NCBI GenBank assembly: GCA_010093605.1
Contig: MU004194.1
Location: 316,156 to 380,155, forward strand
DNA length: 64,000 nucleotides
DNA from: Lophium mytilinum
Taxonomy: Eukaryota
Direction: 5' to 3'
The notes beneath the pieces were generated by a model, which saw only the letters and a program-made list of their open reading frames with translations, made no database searches and was not told where the DNA came from. Of the stretch, positions 1-12,345 are shown in pieces. The position numbers were made by a program, and so were the translations under genes. Position 1 is the stretch's first letter. Each line of letters starts with the position of its first letter.

Positions 1-2
1 TG

Positions 3-1526
3 ATTTGCCACAGCTTTCCAAAACAGTACGCCAGAGAGGACGTGAACAAGGCCTTCGAGCTTGTATTTGCAAACGAAGACATCGGTCTGAAGTCCAGCTT
101 ACTAGACCATTTCCTGGATGTCTTTGCTCATGAAGAGAACCGGTCGAGCGTAGGAGAAGGCATTTTCGTCAATTCTATGAAGGCAGATGAGTTCGGCGGC
201 GTGCCTCACAAACTTGCACGGAAATTTAGACGCCATGCCATCCAAATCGCTCTTACTTCAACCGGTCTTATAGCACTTCAAGCAGCCAAATTCATTGCAA
301 GTAGCAATCGCCAAGGCCTTATCCTTCCGATAGAGTGCTTGCCGGCCCTGGTTGCTCTGGAGACGTCACCAGACCCAGCCATCGCCAATGTCGCGACCCA
401 GGAACATCGGAATCTCTGGAAGAAGAACAGCGGGTTGGACAAAGAGTATATGGAGGGAGTGTCTCTTGCCTTTGATCATCATCGTAACATCATAAAGGAC
501 GCTAAAGGAGCCAGCATCAACGTAAAAGAAGGAAAATCCTCTTTTGTTCCCAAGCTCCGTCTATGCTACGATGTTCTATGCAGCGGCGAGTCCAGACCGA
601 GAAAGAAATTCCTTTCAAATCTAGTCGATCGGCTCAATTTTCAGCTCTCCAAACTCGATACCAGCGGCGTCGAACCACGGCCTTTGAACTATGCGCGCTT
701 TTGTGCAGAGAATCTCGCCTTGTTTGATTACACTCGTGTGGAAGAGGTAGTGCTTGTCACTGACTGCTTGCACAACGTGGTCATTGCTACTGGGAGCCTA
801 GTGGCACAGGAGATCGAGCCGGATATTTTAGGCAACGGTCTCGACATTGAGCCCATCCAGCAAGAAGGAACAGCTCTAGCTACCACTCGGTATTCTAGCC
901 TCGCGCACGATCCGAGTGCTCCCAATGATCTCACACCGACCGAAAAGAGCCTGCCTTCGAAGCCTCCGGTAAAGCCAATCGACGAGTCTCGGCTGCGCCA
1001 TCTCACCGTAGCCAGCATGATACTCACGCTCATGTGGGAGACGAAGAAATTCTTACGTCATTACTGGAGCCTTGATCGTAGCAAGTCCAGCGCCAAAATG
1101 ACGCCCAAAGAGCTCAACAGCCGGCCTACTAAAGCCACTTTCAGCACTCCTGATAAACACCTGCAGCGTATCGCAGAGATCATGTCTTCGCTCGACGACA
1201 CGGACGCCATGCTGGCGCGGTGCAAAGCCTTTGCCGACTTGATTTCCCACGACGACGAAGCCAAAAACAAGTCAGACGTCGAGGATGACGGGCTGCTAGG
1301 TCGGGTAGCAGATGGCTACGACACCCCTGTTGGCAGCGGAGACGAGGACAACGCCAGCAATCCGCCCAGTGGCAGCGGTAGGGGTCGCAAGAGGAAGAGT
1401 TCGTTCCCTGCTGGAGGAACGCCGAGGAAGAGGAAGACCGGCGGGACTGGAAAGCCGAGGGGACGACCGCGGAAGTCGAGGGGTGGCTCAGGGAGCACGC
1501 CTGACGCAGACGATGGGTGGGATTGA
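3..1526 (+). CDS. SCC2: Cohesin loader Scc2/NIPBL (Mis4), C-terminal part; 5' end lies outside the window
   Basis: Frame is open from the window start. Nipped-B C-terminal signature (GLILPIECLPALVALETSP; YARFCAENLALFDY) followed by a basic tail with KPRGRPRK. Confidence 0.88.
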   Translation: MCHSFPKQYAREDVNKAFELVFANEDIGLKSSLLDHFLDVFAHEENRSSVGEGIFVNSMKADEFGGVPHKLARKFRRHAIQIALTSTGLIALQAAKFIASSNRQGLILPIECLPALVALETSPDPAIANVATQEHRNLWKKNSGLDKEYMEGVSLAFDHHRNIIKDAKGASINVKEGKSSFVPKLRLCYDVLCSGESRPRKKFLSNLVDRLNFQLSKLDTSGVEPRPLNYARFCAENLALFDYTRVEEVVLVTDCLHNVVIATGSLVAQEIEPDILGNGLDIEPIQQEGTALATTRYSSLAHDPSAPNDLTPTEKSLPSKPPVKPIDESRLRHLTVASMILTLMWETKKFLRHYWSLDRSKSSAKMTPKELNSRPTKATFSTPDKHLQRIAEIMSSLDDTDAMLARCKAFADLISHDDEAKNKSDVEDDGLLGRVADGYDTPVGSGDEDNASNPPSGSGRGRKRKSSFPAGGTPRKRKTGGTGKPRGRPRKSRGGSGSTPDADDGWD

Positions 1527-2056
1527 GTTTTTCTTTTTCGACGTTTCGGTCTTGATTCGCCGTGCATCTGGGAACCGATCCTTTGATCGATCGATACGTG
1601 GACCGGAGTCATCGGCAGCACTTTCATGGTTTGGGAGATACCCCTCTTGCATTATACTTTACGGTTTGCGGTTTTCAGCGAAGCCACTCGGCGTTGTTGG
1701 CGGGTTTTAGAACTGGCTCTTTTCTTTCTTCTCTGAACTGCCTTGCTGGCGGGTCTGGGGCTATACTTCTGGCTCTCTCGGGACGAGAGAATGCATGAGG
1801 CCTGATCGGATGGGAACTCCGCTTCTCAGGCACTGGCGTCTTTCATCGAGCTTCTGTCACCGCAGATCTCATGGATCGCGGTTAGATACTGTAAAATAAT
1901 TCCAGAATCGATTTAGCCAAGAATGGTTGGCGGAATCACAAATACACCTGCATATAGATCACTGTGCCTGAGACATTCCCGCTGAAGCGGTATTCGAATT
2001 GACAGTGCAAGCAAACCCCACACGCCTCGCTCTAGAATTACACCCAGCTTGTCCAT

Positions 2057-5000
2057 TTACCTTCCTTGCCCTTGATACTCCGGATCAACCTTGCTCTGCT
2101 TGAACAAGCTCTTTCCCTTCAACCACTGCCGATACGCCTTGTATCGCTTCTTCCCACCATCATCTTCATTTACGTCGAGCGGGTTCTCCGAGACCTTCAG
2201 AAATTCGTCATAGAATCCCACATCCTCCTCGCCGACATCCCAGCGCGCCCCAGCTCCATCCGCACTATCCTGCTCCGGAGCCGACAGACTCAGATACTCG
2301 AGGAAATCCAGCGCAATGGGGTCCGAGGCGGAGGGCGTCTCAGCCGACACGACGAGCGGCAGGTTGAGCGGGTGCGAGATGTACTCGGCGTACTCTGCCG
2401 CCTCGGCAGCCGTGACGGAGGGGTTGAGCGAGTTGGAGTGGAACTGGTCGAGCGTCCACTGCGTCATGAGGTTCTTGTCTGCGGGCTTGAAGGGCGGGTT
2501 CGAGGAAGAGAAGGAGGCGGTCTGGGAGGAGTGCGGGGTGGAGAGGAGTTTGGTTTCGAAGTGTGGGTCGCGCAGGATGCTGCTTTTAATCGGGGAGCCG
2601 CTTTCGAAGCGGCCACCGGATACGAGGCGCGCCTGGTTGCGACGGGCTGCGATGCTGAGGGTGCGGGTTTCTGTTTCGCTGGCGGGGTCGAGGATGGTGA
2701 CGCCTTTTCGAGGGGGTTTCTTCTCGGGGGAGTCGGCCTCCTGTGGAGACTTGCGAGGGCGGAACGGGGAGAGGTCGTAATCTCGAGATTGAAGGGACTT
2801 GTCCGGTAGAAAGCGCGCAGGGGAGTTGAGGCCGAATGAGTAGATCTTGAGGAAGGAGGATATGGCAAGTGGACGGTAGTATTCTAGCCAGTAATCATCA
2901 TACATACCAACACCCTTCACAATGAGCTCGCTGTTGCTTTTAGATGAAGAAGGTAGGGAGTGTTGCTCTAGAAATTCGGGCGTGAACCATTCTATGTAGT
3001 CCCGGCGGCTTTTACATAGCCATGCCCGAGGATCTGCATGATGGAGATAGTAGTCTGTTGTCAGATCCCACAGCATCGGCTGACCAATAGCGAAGATGTA
3101 GTTTCCGAGGAAGAGATTGTAAGCCTCCTGTCGCTGTGAATCCAAGAAGGAGTTGTGGTAGTAGCGCTTGAAGCTCTCCACCATATCTCGCGAGTGACTT
3201 TGCCATTGATTGATTTTGCGATACGTGGCCATCGTATTCACGAGGTGGGAGCCGCCATATTGGATAGCAATGGTGTCGCCATGGCCGTGAAACCTTGGGC
3301 CAATTAGTCTTAATTCCGATGGGTTGAGGTATGACTTACATGTGGGTGAAGATGTTGACTGCATCAGTATCGTAATCAACTGTGTTGCCAGCGATTATTC
3401 CAATGGCTTGTAGCTGCCTTCCCAAAGCACGCTTTCCTATGACAAACTGAGCGGCATTCGTCCGGTCCAGACAGTCAATGCAATTTGTTCTAGCAACTCC
3501 GTTCTGAACCTGGGGGGAGTCATATCTGCTATCGCCGTTGTGAAAGAATCCTGTCTTCTGCAAGACCTTCTCCGCAATAGTTTCCAATGTCCCTATTACA
3601 TCTTGACCGCGTGTTTTAGAGGCTCTGCTCATGTCGAAGGCTTCGTACAAAATCTTCTTATCGGCTGGGAGAGATTGGTTGAGGTATTTTATCGCGTTCT
3701 CATACTCTCGTAACAGCTTTGACTCGCGCGGAAGCCGTTCGCGCGACTTGATGAGATTCAGGACATATATGGGCGCTCCGTAGCGCTCGAAGAGATTGTC
3801 AAAATGTAGCGCAGGAGCACTGTAGAAGGGGTCTATGAGGTTTAGGTCGATATCAGGCTTCGGGGTCACCCCTGTATTATCCTGCGTCCAGTACAGCGGA
3901 ATACTCCCACGATGCTGAATGTACGAAGTATAGCTCGGGCTGGCGTACAGTCGAGGACCCGGCGCATGGAACGAAGTGTTGAGGAGCTCCGACACGATCT
4001 GCTCGGTTTCTACATCATTGGCCACATATCCCAGATCGTTTGTTCCACGCTTCAGGAATCGAGCTCCGGCGAAAAACCTCGAGCGACGCGCGATAATAGT
4101 GATGTACACTCGTCGCCCAAACACGTCGAGCGACTGCTGTTCAATGAAGCCATGAATGATGGGTAGACACCAATCGTAGGTACTCTTCAGGGCAGCTCTA
4201 GCCGGTTCCAGCAGGTAGTGGTTCCAGACAAACATATCGTTGAAATCGTAAGTCTGATGTTTCAACCCTTTGTTCAACCCTTCCCGTTCACGAATGATGT
4301 TCTGCTGGAGGCTCCTTGTGATGTTGTACGAGTAGCTAAAGTAGAAAGATCTCGTCAAGTCAAGGTTGTTCAGGATGCTCAGAAACCTTGCCTCCTCGGG
4401 ATTTCGATCCTTCTGGAAACGCGAAGTAGAGCCAGTCGTCAGAGGTACCATTTCCGTGCCTCCAATTTGAAAGACGTAGTGGCCACCGATCATTGCCACT
4501 TGAGTCCTCTTCGTGATGAGAAGCATGTAATAAGCCTCAGTAAACCTGATAAAGCCTAGAAGGCCCCAGGTACTGCACTTGAGCTTCATTCCGCCTGAGC
4601 CTTTGTTCCCATCGTCGATGGCATTTAGGAGCTGGTTCATCTCCCTTTTGTCGTATACAATGTCGTCTTCGAAGATGTTGAGGTGCCCGGGGGGTGCGGT
4701 ACGGTCTATTTTGAGGACGCGGAAGTTTTTGTCCATGACATCTCCGCCGACAAGGTAGAAACGAGTACTGGTCTCGTATAAAGAGAACTTGTGCATCCTG
4801 TTCACGCCCTCTTCCCCAACCGTCTCATAGGCGGCTCCTTTGTTGCGTTGCATGAGAGTAGGGCTAGTGGATCTCTGGAAGGATTGTGGTTCAGCGGGCT
4901 CTTCTTCGTCACCTTCGAACTGCAAGGATTCGTCATTTTGCGGCGTCACTGCTGCCAGCTCCGGCTCTAGCGTGCTTTCGCGGTAGTCATTAACTGGAGG

Positions 5001-5156
5001 ATCGTTACTGAAGCCAGTGATGCCTTTTGGGAGAATAAGCTCTTCGGCTAGGTTTTCGGTTTCGTCATCGAGGGCATCTTCCTGAGAACGGCGCGGTGGG
5101 TTTGAATTTGACGACGCAGGAGCAGGTCGCCGCTCAGAAACGGCACGATCACTCAT
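2057..5156 (-). CDS. FIG4: SAC-domain PI(3,5)P2 5-phosphatase Fig4/Sac3; one intron at 3294-3339
   Basis: SAC motifs RRSRFFAGARFLKRG and catalytic RTNCIDCLDRTN. The GTAAGT...CTAAT...AAG intron joins IFTHM to FHGHGDTIAIQYGGS. Confidence 0.95.
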
Positions 5157-6088
5157 ATCGAATGGTCTGTCAAGAGAGCCGGCCTTAGCGTCTCGTTCAC
5201 ACGTTTAGGGGAAAGCAGCTTTGTTGCCGCAATGATTTTTTCATATCAGCCGCATCCGCTGATGGTGATGGTCGGGCAGGATTGACGTCAGTCCCAAGCT
5301 GACCATGACAGATTATCGTCAGAAAACAAAGAGGGTCCAGAGGTGCGTGCAAGGTACGAAGCACTGTAAAGAGCTGGTCACCGTCGGTAGCGAAAGAGCA
5401 AATGTATTGAAGAAATGGAGGAAGTTGTACCAAGCAGCAAGCAACTGAGCAACGCCTGCACAAACTTGGGGAACGTTGACTCGCTCTAGCGCAGCTATTT
5501 CGGGACTAGCGGAGCAGCTTGGAAACACCACTACATCTCCCCCAGGCTGTCTTGATTGCTTCCTACCCAAACTGCATCAAGTCAAATCTACTAACTTGCA
5601 AGTCCGTATAAGTCAGGGTGCCTGGGCATGGCTTACATAGTACGTCAGCCTGCGATGCCGATAGTGGGACCTTTTCGCGTCGTGCATGCGTTTCCCTGAA
5701 ATTCCAGCAAATCGAAAAATGTAGTAGTTCTCATAAGGCGAGCTGTCTTAATGCTGCGCACTTGTATTTGCCGCTACTCAGAGTGTCTCAATAGCTTTTC
5801 AGGAGTTCATACAAGGCAAGAATGTGTCCTTTTGCCTCTCCTGGTCCTTCGTTGGGCTACGACAGCCGATGTCATTACCAATACAATGCTTTTACGAAAA
5901 GCCCATGGCTCTGTGGAGGAGCATCGGCCTATGCGTTCCATGGAAAACTCAATGCCAAGGACGAGGGAAGCTGAAATAAGCTCTGCGAGAACCATGGTAC
6001 AATATTTGACACATATTCCATTCCTCACGAGAAATCACATTCAATACTACTCTCTTTGTTTTTGCTTATTGGTTATCTACGATGCGAA

Positions 6089-7396
6089 ATGTCACCTTCA
6101 AGTACAGTTCCTGAAGATGGCTGTATTTCCGGCCTCCCACAAGAGCTCTGGGATAACGTGGTCAGAAGACTGTCGCTGCGAGATGTTAAGAGCCTTCGTC
6201 TAACCTCGAAAGCTTTCAACTACACCGCATCGCCCTACCTGTTCACTCGAGTCTGCCTATCGTCACATCCACTGGACCTCGAAATATTTACGATGATAGC
6301 AACTCACCCAGCTTTCCACCGGAACGTGCAAGAGCTCGTTTGGGACGACTCGACTTTTCGTCCTGACATTCTGCAATGTAGACTACGAGAGAAGAACGGG
6401 ATACGATTCTGGAGGCCGATAGCAGAAAAACACTTTGAGATACGGAGACTCAGCCAGGATGAAAGGGCTCTTGATCTCGCGCTGTCGCATGGCCGTTTCC
6501 CGAAGCTCAACCAGGTTACATACGCGCTGATAGGCTTCCGCTATGATCTCATACAAACTTTCGATCCTGAAACGACTCGTTTTCCGAGCCCGACTTGGCG
6601 CTTGTGGTACAAACAATACCGCTCGCGTGTTGGAGAAGCCTTCAACCCGGCGCCCGACATGCACGTGGCCTCATGGCCATCTGGTATTGATCATCAGGCG
6701 TTTGAAGTGCATCGCGGACTCAGAGTACTACAGAAATGCTTTGCACGCTCAGAGCGGTCCGTCCCTACCTTATCACTGAACCTTGACGGCTACAACCGCA
6801 AAGGACCAATTTTACGCCCTACCCTGTTTTCCCCAGGTGACACCAAGTTTCAGTACTTGAGACCCCTTGGCGAACACGTACGACAATTCAACGTCAAATT
6901 TGGCGATGGAGTGGGCATTTTCAAGAATCAGGGCCGCCATCTGTTTGCGACGCTCAATACCATGAAGAATCTCGAGAAAGTCACCATTCAGACTCTCCGG
7001 GGTGTCATGAGCACTAAGCCTTTTGAAGCTTTACTGAACAATTTGAGGCTGCCGGAGCTACATATGTTCGCACTCGATAGGCTTGAACTTCAGGCTTCTG
7101 ACCTGCTGAAGTTCCTGGTCCGTCATAAGAATACCCTTCGCTGGCTTTTCCTGCGGAACTGCACTATATCCCAATCCGAATATCCAGACTCACTCGGAGT
7201 CTGGACCGGTATTTGCGATTACCTGCGACGTAAACACATTCTGTACGAGGCTTGCCGGTTCGAAAACTGTTTTACACGGTCTCCGAAGCATTATTACGAC
7301 CAGAGAGGCTTAAGTAGGCGTCAAAGCGCTCGCGATAACGCCGGGAATCTAACTACCGGTCCGCTCGAGGATTTCGACCAGTGGGCCTTTGAATAG
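6089..7396 (+). CDS. F-box domain protein, lineage-specific type
   Basis: N-terminal F-box-like motif LPQELWDNVVRRLSLRDVKSLRLTSKAF...A..YLF, with LRR-like leucine spacing further downstream. ATG at 6089. Confidence 0.75.
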   Translation: MSPSSTVPEDGCISGLPQELWDNVVRRLSLRDVKSLRLTSKAFNYTASPYLFTRVCLSSHPLDLEIFTMIATHPAFHRNVQELVWDDSTFRPDILQCRLREKNGIRFWRPIAEKHFEIRRLSQDERALDLALSHGRFPKLNQVTYALIGFRYDLIQTFDPETTRFPSPTWRLWYKQYRSRVGEAFNPAPDMHVASWPSGIDHQAFEVHRGLRVLQKCFARSERSVPTLSLNLDGYNRKGPILRPTLFSPGDTKFQYLRPLGEHVRQFNVKFGDGVGIFKNQGRHLFATLNTMKNLEKVTIQTLRGVMSTKPFEALLNNLRLPELHMFALDRLELQASDLLKFLVRHKNTLRWLFLRNCTISQSEYPDSLGVWTGICDYLRRKHILYEACRFENCFTRSPKHYYDQRGLSRRQSARDNAGNLTTGPLEDFDQWAFE

Positions 7397-7550
7397 CGAA
7401 GCGTAGAACTGGGGGATCAGTGACGGAGGAGCGGCAGATTACGCCGCCTGAAGGGGCCTAACGAGGTGTTGGCCGTGCAGAATCGAAAGCATACAAAACC
7501 CCTCGAGTGTGAAAATCGCCGTAGGCAGTGATGGACACACATAGAAAGAT

Positions 7551-8498
7551 CTACGACGAAGTGTCTTCCTTACTTCCCCCATTAACCTCACCATTAATTA
7601 GTCTCCGATTCCACTCCTCCTCCATCGCCTCCACCCTCTCCCACCCATCCGTACCACCCTCTTGCCCCCTTCCACCACCCTTCCCCAACCCCTCTGTCCC
7701 CTTCTTTCCAAACTCCGCCGCCATCCCGGCCAGCCCTTGAGCCCTCTCTCTATTCACCGCCACCTCTCCCTTCCTAAACAGCTCATCCCTCTCCCGCTTC
7801 CACACCACATACGGCCTCTTCTCCACATCCTCCACTACGTTCCCCAACGCACTAGTCAGCGACCCAGACCCTGGCACCACAACTTCATACTCACAAAAAC
7901 CCCAAATCCGGAGCTGTTTCTCAAACCCTAGATTCGGCGTAATCAGCGCACGAGACTCGCGCGCTAGGGCAAGGGCCTCGGAGTACGGGAGGCGGCAGGC
8001 CCGCATAAGGTAGGCGACGCACAGCGCGCCGGAGCGGGAGATGCCTTGGGTGCAGTGAACTAGGACGCCGGGCCGCCGCTTAGACGAGTCACTTGCTTGT
8101 TCACTACTCGTGGTTTCGGCTTCGGACGCCTCGAGAGCGGCTTGGATCCAGTCGCAGGCACTTTGGAGGTGGAAGAGGAGGTCGGCGAGGGGGTCATCGT
8201 CGATGTCTATGCAGCGGTGGATGATGCCCTGGTCGGGTTTGTAGTTAGGAGTGTCTTCGGGGCGGGTGATTGAGAGGACGTGGGTGATGTTGTGGGCTTT
8301 GAGGATGGGGAGGGAGCGGGCGGCGAAGCGGCTGGTAGTTTAAGTGTGCGTTACTTCGAGAGAATATGCTCTTGTTTGTTCATTTTCATTTATTTTTGGC
8401 AGGAAGCGGGGAGGGGAATTGGAACGGAGATTGAGAGCTTACTCGGATACGAACAGACCTGGAATGGTTTTGACTTCTGAGGCTTGGAGAGGTTCCAT
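7551..8498 (-). CDS. Dual-specificity protein phosphatase (Yvh1-like catalytic domain); intron at 8332-8442
   Basis: P-loop VLVHCTQGISRSGALCVAYLM plus PNLGFEKQL and HNITHVLSI. Exon 1 MEPLQASEVKTIPGLFVS is followed by a GTAAGC donor. The ORF track shows only the 3' part. Confidence 0.85.
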
Positions 8499-8802
8499 GT
8501 CAGTACAAATGCCGGCGAATTGGAAGCAGGCTTTGTCGCAGCAACGTTTCTATTTCCAATCAAAAAAGGGTTATTCCTGGTCAAAGATCTAGAGGCTAAT
8601 GAGCATGCCCTTGTATTTATGCTGCCACTCTGTTTCGTTGCCTGGATGCCGCAACGTCAGCTAGGTAGCACTTCAAGTAAGGTCTCACATCATGCACGTG
8701 CTGGTGGCGTTGCTCACAAATGTGGCTGTGTAAAACCGCCACAGATTGAACACTTCACGGGCAGTCAGCGAGCTCTGAAAATGGGCACATGATTGTAACA
8801 AA

Positions 8803-9015
8803 CCCTCATCCTTCCCGAATCTTTCATCCTTCCCGTACTACTCATCCTTTTATAATCCTCATCCTTTTCATAACCCTCATCCTTCCCGTATCTTTCATCC
8901 TTCCCGTACCTCTCATCCTTTTACAATTCTTATCCTTTTCATATCTCTCATCCTTTTATAACCCTCATCATTCCTGTATCTCTCATCCCTCCCGTGATAT
9001 ATCATCCTTCTCATG
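8803..9015. repeat. Minisatellite, about 12 copies of a 17-19 bp unit (core TCATCCTT followed by CCCGTA or TTCATA)
   Basis: TCATCC-like core recurs at about 8806, 8824, 8842, 8859, 8877, 8895, 8913, 8930, 8948, 8965, 8983 and 9002. Confidence 0.85.
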
Positions 9016-9029
9016 ACTCATCCGGCCCG

Positions 9030-9990
9030 CGGGAACGTTGAGAAGTCCGTCCGTTAGAGGAACCAATGGGTTAACTGGCTATAGGAAGCTTTGATATGTA
9101 GATTATTATGTATATATATCCGATCTATATGCTAGACGTTATCATCTGCGTTCTATATTATAGTTTCGCGTAGCTCTATGTAACTTTATGTGTATGATTA
9201 CGTAGGTGCGGCGTAGGCTTCTGTTCTATTTAGCTACTGAGCGTTATGTTGCTCTCCTCTTATTACCTATAAGCCCGCGTAGTCACTTCAATACAATTAC
9301 ATGTCAAGTTAAATCAACCTATTGGATTTTGTAGCGCGTATATTAGTAATCAATTATGTGTCTAAGGCACTTCTTCGCGTTGTATTTATTTGGTTGGTTT
9401 TCAAATACGGCCCATGCACGTGGTGGCCTTCCTGCCTTATCACGCCCACGGCCTCTGACCGTCTCTTCCTTCTTGGTTGCTGCCCGATAAGTGATGCTCC
9501 ATCGCGATCACTCCCCTCTATTGCCTCTACCTCATTACCCTCTCGTTGTTGCTCGATCATTCAATGCCTTCCTACTCTTGTTGCTGCCTATTGTTCAGCT
9601 AGTGGCTCCCTCATTACGCTTACTGCTAACAGCTGGCCTGCTTACAGCTCTTTTCTTTACTGGTCTCGCTCGGCGGCATCGTCTCCATCTTACCTCCTGC
9701 CATTGCACGTCTCACCTCCTGTCGCCTTGCAGCGATTGATCCTTGTCTTGTTTGTCTCATCTCTGGGTCTTTCCCTGTTATCTAGTAGTTGGACCACTGG
9801 CGTCGACAGTAGCAAGTTAGGATGGCGTAGATAACTTGTTATAGCGAGGTCGCTACAAGAAGGCGAATATATCCCGCATGGCCTATACCAAGCATTGGAA
9901 CGATTATTTCGCCCGCAGGGACCGAGTACACTATCAACGGTGGCTGCGGAACCAGTCCAGCAAGACCACAACATGATTAACTTAATTGGA
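9030..9990 (-). pseudogene. Possible degenerate gene or transposon relic, TpA-rich (RIP-like)
   Basis: AT- and TpA-rich at about 9080-9360. The minus strand is purine-rich with fragmentary E/R/Q-rich frames broken by stops. Confidence 0.3.
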
Positions 9991-10093
9991 GACCTGTGGT
10001 GTCAAAAGTGTTAGATATGACTCCTAAATCTGAAACCAGTGTTGGTATAAGTGTCTTCATCATCATTTGCAGTCACGTTTCAGAGCAAAGTTT

Positions 10094-10128
10094 TGACTCT
10101 TCTCAACGCTTGGCGTGAGTATAAGAAC
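10094..10128 (+). promoter_or_regulatory. Conserved 35-bp TATA-containing promoter cassette, copy A
   Basis: TGACTCTTCTCAACGCTTGGCGTGAGTATAAGAAC; 30/35 identical to copy B. Confidence 0.7.
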
Positions 10129-10296
10129 ATTTCTCGGACAGCTCTTCATATCTTCCAAAAACCACTACAGAATATACTCAGCTTAAACATATCAACGAAC
10201 TACTGTTCATATAGGCGACATTTCATATCCACCACATCTTTTTCCAAATCGACATCTCCAATCCACATCATATCTTCCTCCGAAGCCTAGGCCATA

Positions 10297-11329
10297 ATGG
10301 GCACCCTAACCGCCATGCTACACTGCGAGCCACCACCCTTCAATATCTCCATCGATTACTACGATTACGAGAACAATGTACCCGTGAAGAAAGGGGGAAC
10401 CTTCAGTTTCGACCAATCTTCCATCCCTATCAAAGCGCGTTGCTCCCATCTCCTAGGCGATAGCACAACCTGTGCAGATGGTGGTTGCTATAATCTTGTG
10501 CCCAAAACACTCCCTATCGAATATGGAGACAGCGCGTTCGAATGCAAAAACAAGGTCTGCCGGGGCCACAGGAGCGTTTATAGGCGATGCTATACTACGT
10601 ATGGATTGCTTTTGACCCCCCATAGTAGGAAATTGGAGTCGGACTGGTCGAAGATCAAGAGAAAATGCATAAGGCACAAGGTTGACGACTATGTGGATAT
10701 TAAGGGGAAACCCGAGTTGAATAAGACAATAAGGAAGATCAGAGCGGCGAAAAGAAACACCAAGAAACCCTTCGGCATCCGCATCAACCAGCCCACTCCC
10801 GAAGAGCCCACCAAGGAGAGATTCGAGTGGGTCACTGTCAACCAAGCGCACCTGCCCCTCGATGCCCGCTGCGATCATCTTCAAAGCGTTCATGCAAACT
10901 GTACGGTTGGTAAATGTTATCGTTGGCAGCCCGGGACACCCGCGAGCGATTTCGGTGACTACGTCTACACGTGTGAGAATGAGGCTTGCTGGGGCCATAC
11001 CACGAAACAAGAGCTCCGGTGCTATGGTGACGCTGGGGTCGTTCCGGTGAAGTCCCAAGAGGAAGTAGAGACAACGATGGGGACGCAGGCATGGACAACG
11101 CATAGTGTTGAGGGGTGGAAAGCCATCGAGGGGAGGATAGGTTTGAATGAGAAGATGGAGCAGATTGCTGAGTATAGTGACGCCCATTCCCTCGTGGAGC
11201 TTTACCGTGGGTAATCCGGAGTATGAAAGGGAGTGGAAGGTGCGGAAGACGGTGGAACTTGGTTGGGATGATGAGAGGTGTTTTTATATGAGGATGAGGG
11301 AGTTGCAGCAGAGACTGAACAAGTTGTGA
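10297..11329 (+). CDS. Cys/His-rich orphan protein A with two copies of an unrecognised putative metal-binding domain. The plain ORF stops at 11214; a probable C-terminus lies in the +1 frame to 11329.
   Basis: Internal repeats RCSH..C..GGCY..FECKNKVCRGH..RCY and RCDH..C..GKCY..YTCENEACWGH..RCYG. The +1 frame RMRELQQRL resembles the tails of the two paralogs. Confidence 0.7.
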
Positions 11330-12124
11330 GGGGGTAAGTGATAGGGAATCACGATGGAATGGAGAGGGGAAGGGAGCAGTTGGACTAGAGCTGCGGCGGG
11401 TAAGGGCGTTGGGTAATCTGTTTAAGCTCTTCATTTAAAGGCGGGCTGGATTCACATGTTAGATTCTTGGTTCGAGTACAGCGTCTAGATTGTTGTGTTT
11501 CAATGGGTGTTCAAGAGAGTGTGCTTGTCTTTCATTGCATTTGGCAGCTAGACCAGGTTATTGCTTCCTTCTACTTTGAAACCCAAGGTTAGCTCAGTGA
11601 CTCGTGCTTTGATTCAAATGTCTTATCTAAGGTCTAGGTCTTTTGTGCATGGCTTCCGTAATGGCCGAGCTAGCCATGAGATCCTACCATCACTGTCATG
11701 GATTGCTCCGTTTTGAAAAGGCAAATGAAGGCTGTTAAAGATACAGAGCAGACTTCTCCGCAATAGGAAGATGAAAGGGAGAGACGGCGCCTTTCAGAGA
11801 CTTCAAAGTCGGCCTTGGATGTCTGTACGGGTGTGGAACTACCGAGGCGATCCGAGGACGGTGTTTGTGACTGCGGTGGATTCAAGCCTGATAGACTTGG
11901 CTCCTACGAACGATCTGAGAATGGCTCACTCCACTCAGAGGTCTTTCGGCGATGTTTTTGAGTATCGATCGAGTCATCCACTGATACTGTCGACACTGTC
12001 TGCTCTGACCTGACGTATTTACATTCATTTAACTCACGATCAGTGGCGCGATATGAAAGTCCCTCAATATGAGTGTCCTCACCACTTGCAGTCAAGGAAT
12101 CGAACCCGACTCCGAGCATAGTCT

Positions 12125-12159
12125 TGACTCCTCTCTACCCTTGGCGTAGGTATAAGAAC
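12125..12159 (+). promoter_or_regulatory. Conserved 35-bp TATA-containing promoter cassette, copy B
   Basis: TGACTCCTCTCTACCCTTGGCGTAGGTATAAGAAC; 33/35 identical to copy C. Confidence 0.75.
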
Positions 12160-12345
12160 TTTCTCCCCGAAGAATCTTTTCCTATCTTCAAACACCCACA
12201 ATTGCAATCACCAATACAGAGTACATTTGCTTCTAAGCTTCTTGAACCCACTCCCAAACTAGATACCAACGCGCCTCGAGGAGATCTCATCCGAATAACA
12301 TCATTACCTCCAACATCTCGCATTCATCTCCAACACCTACCAAGC

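Noticed and set aside
8803..9015. CRISPR-like array
   Set aside because: Eukaryotic context, contiguous degenerate units without unique spacers, and no cas genes.
12073..12345. N-terminal extensions of ORFs B (12073) and C (13148) in the ORF track
   Set aside because: They begin at GTG and overlap the shared promoter or leader. The first ATGs at 12346 and 13259 are more plausible in a eukaryote.
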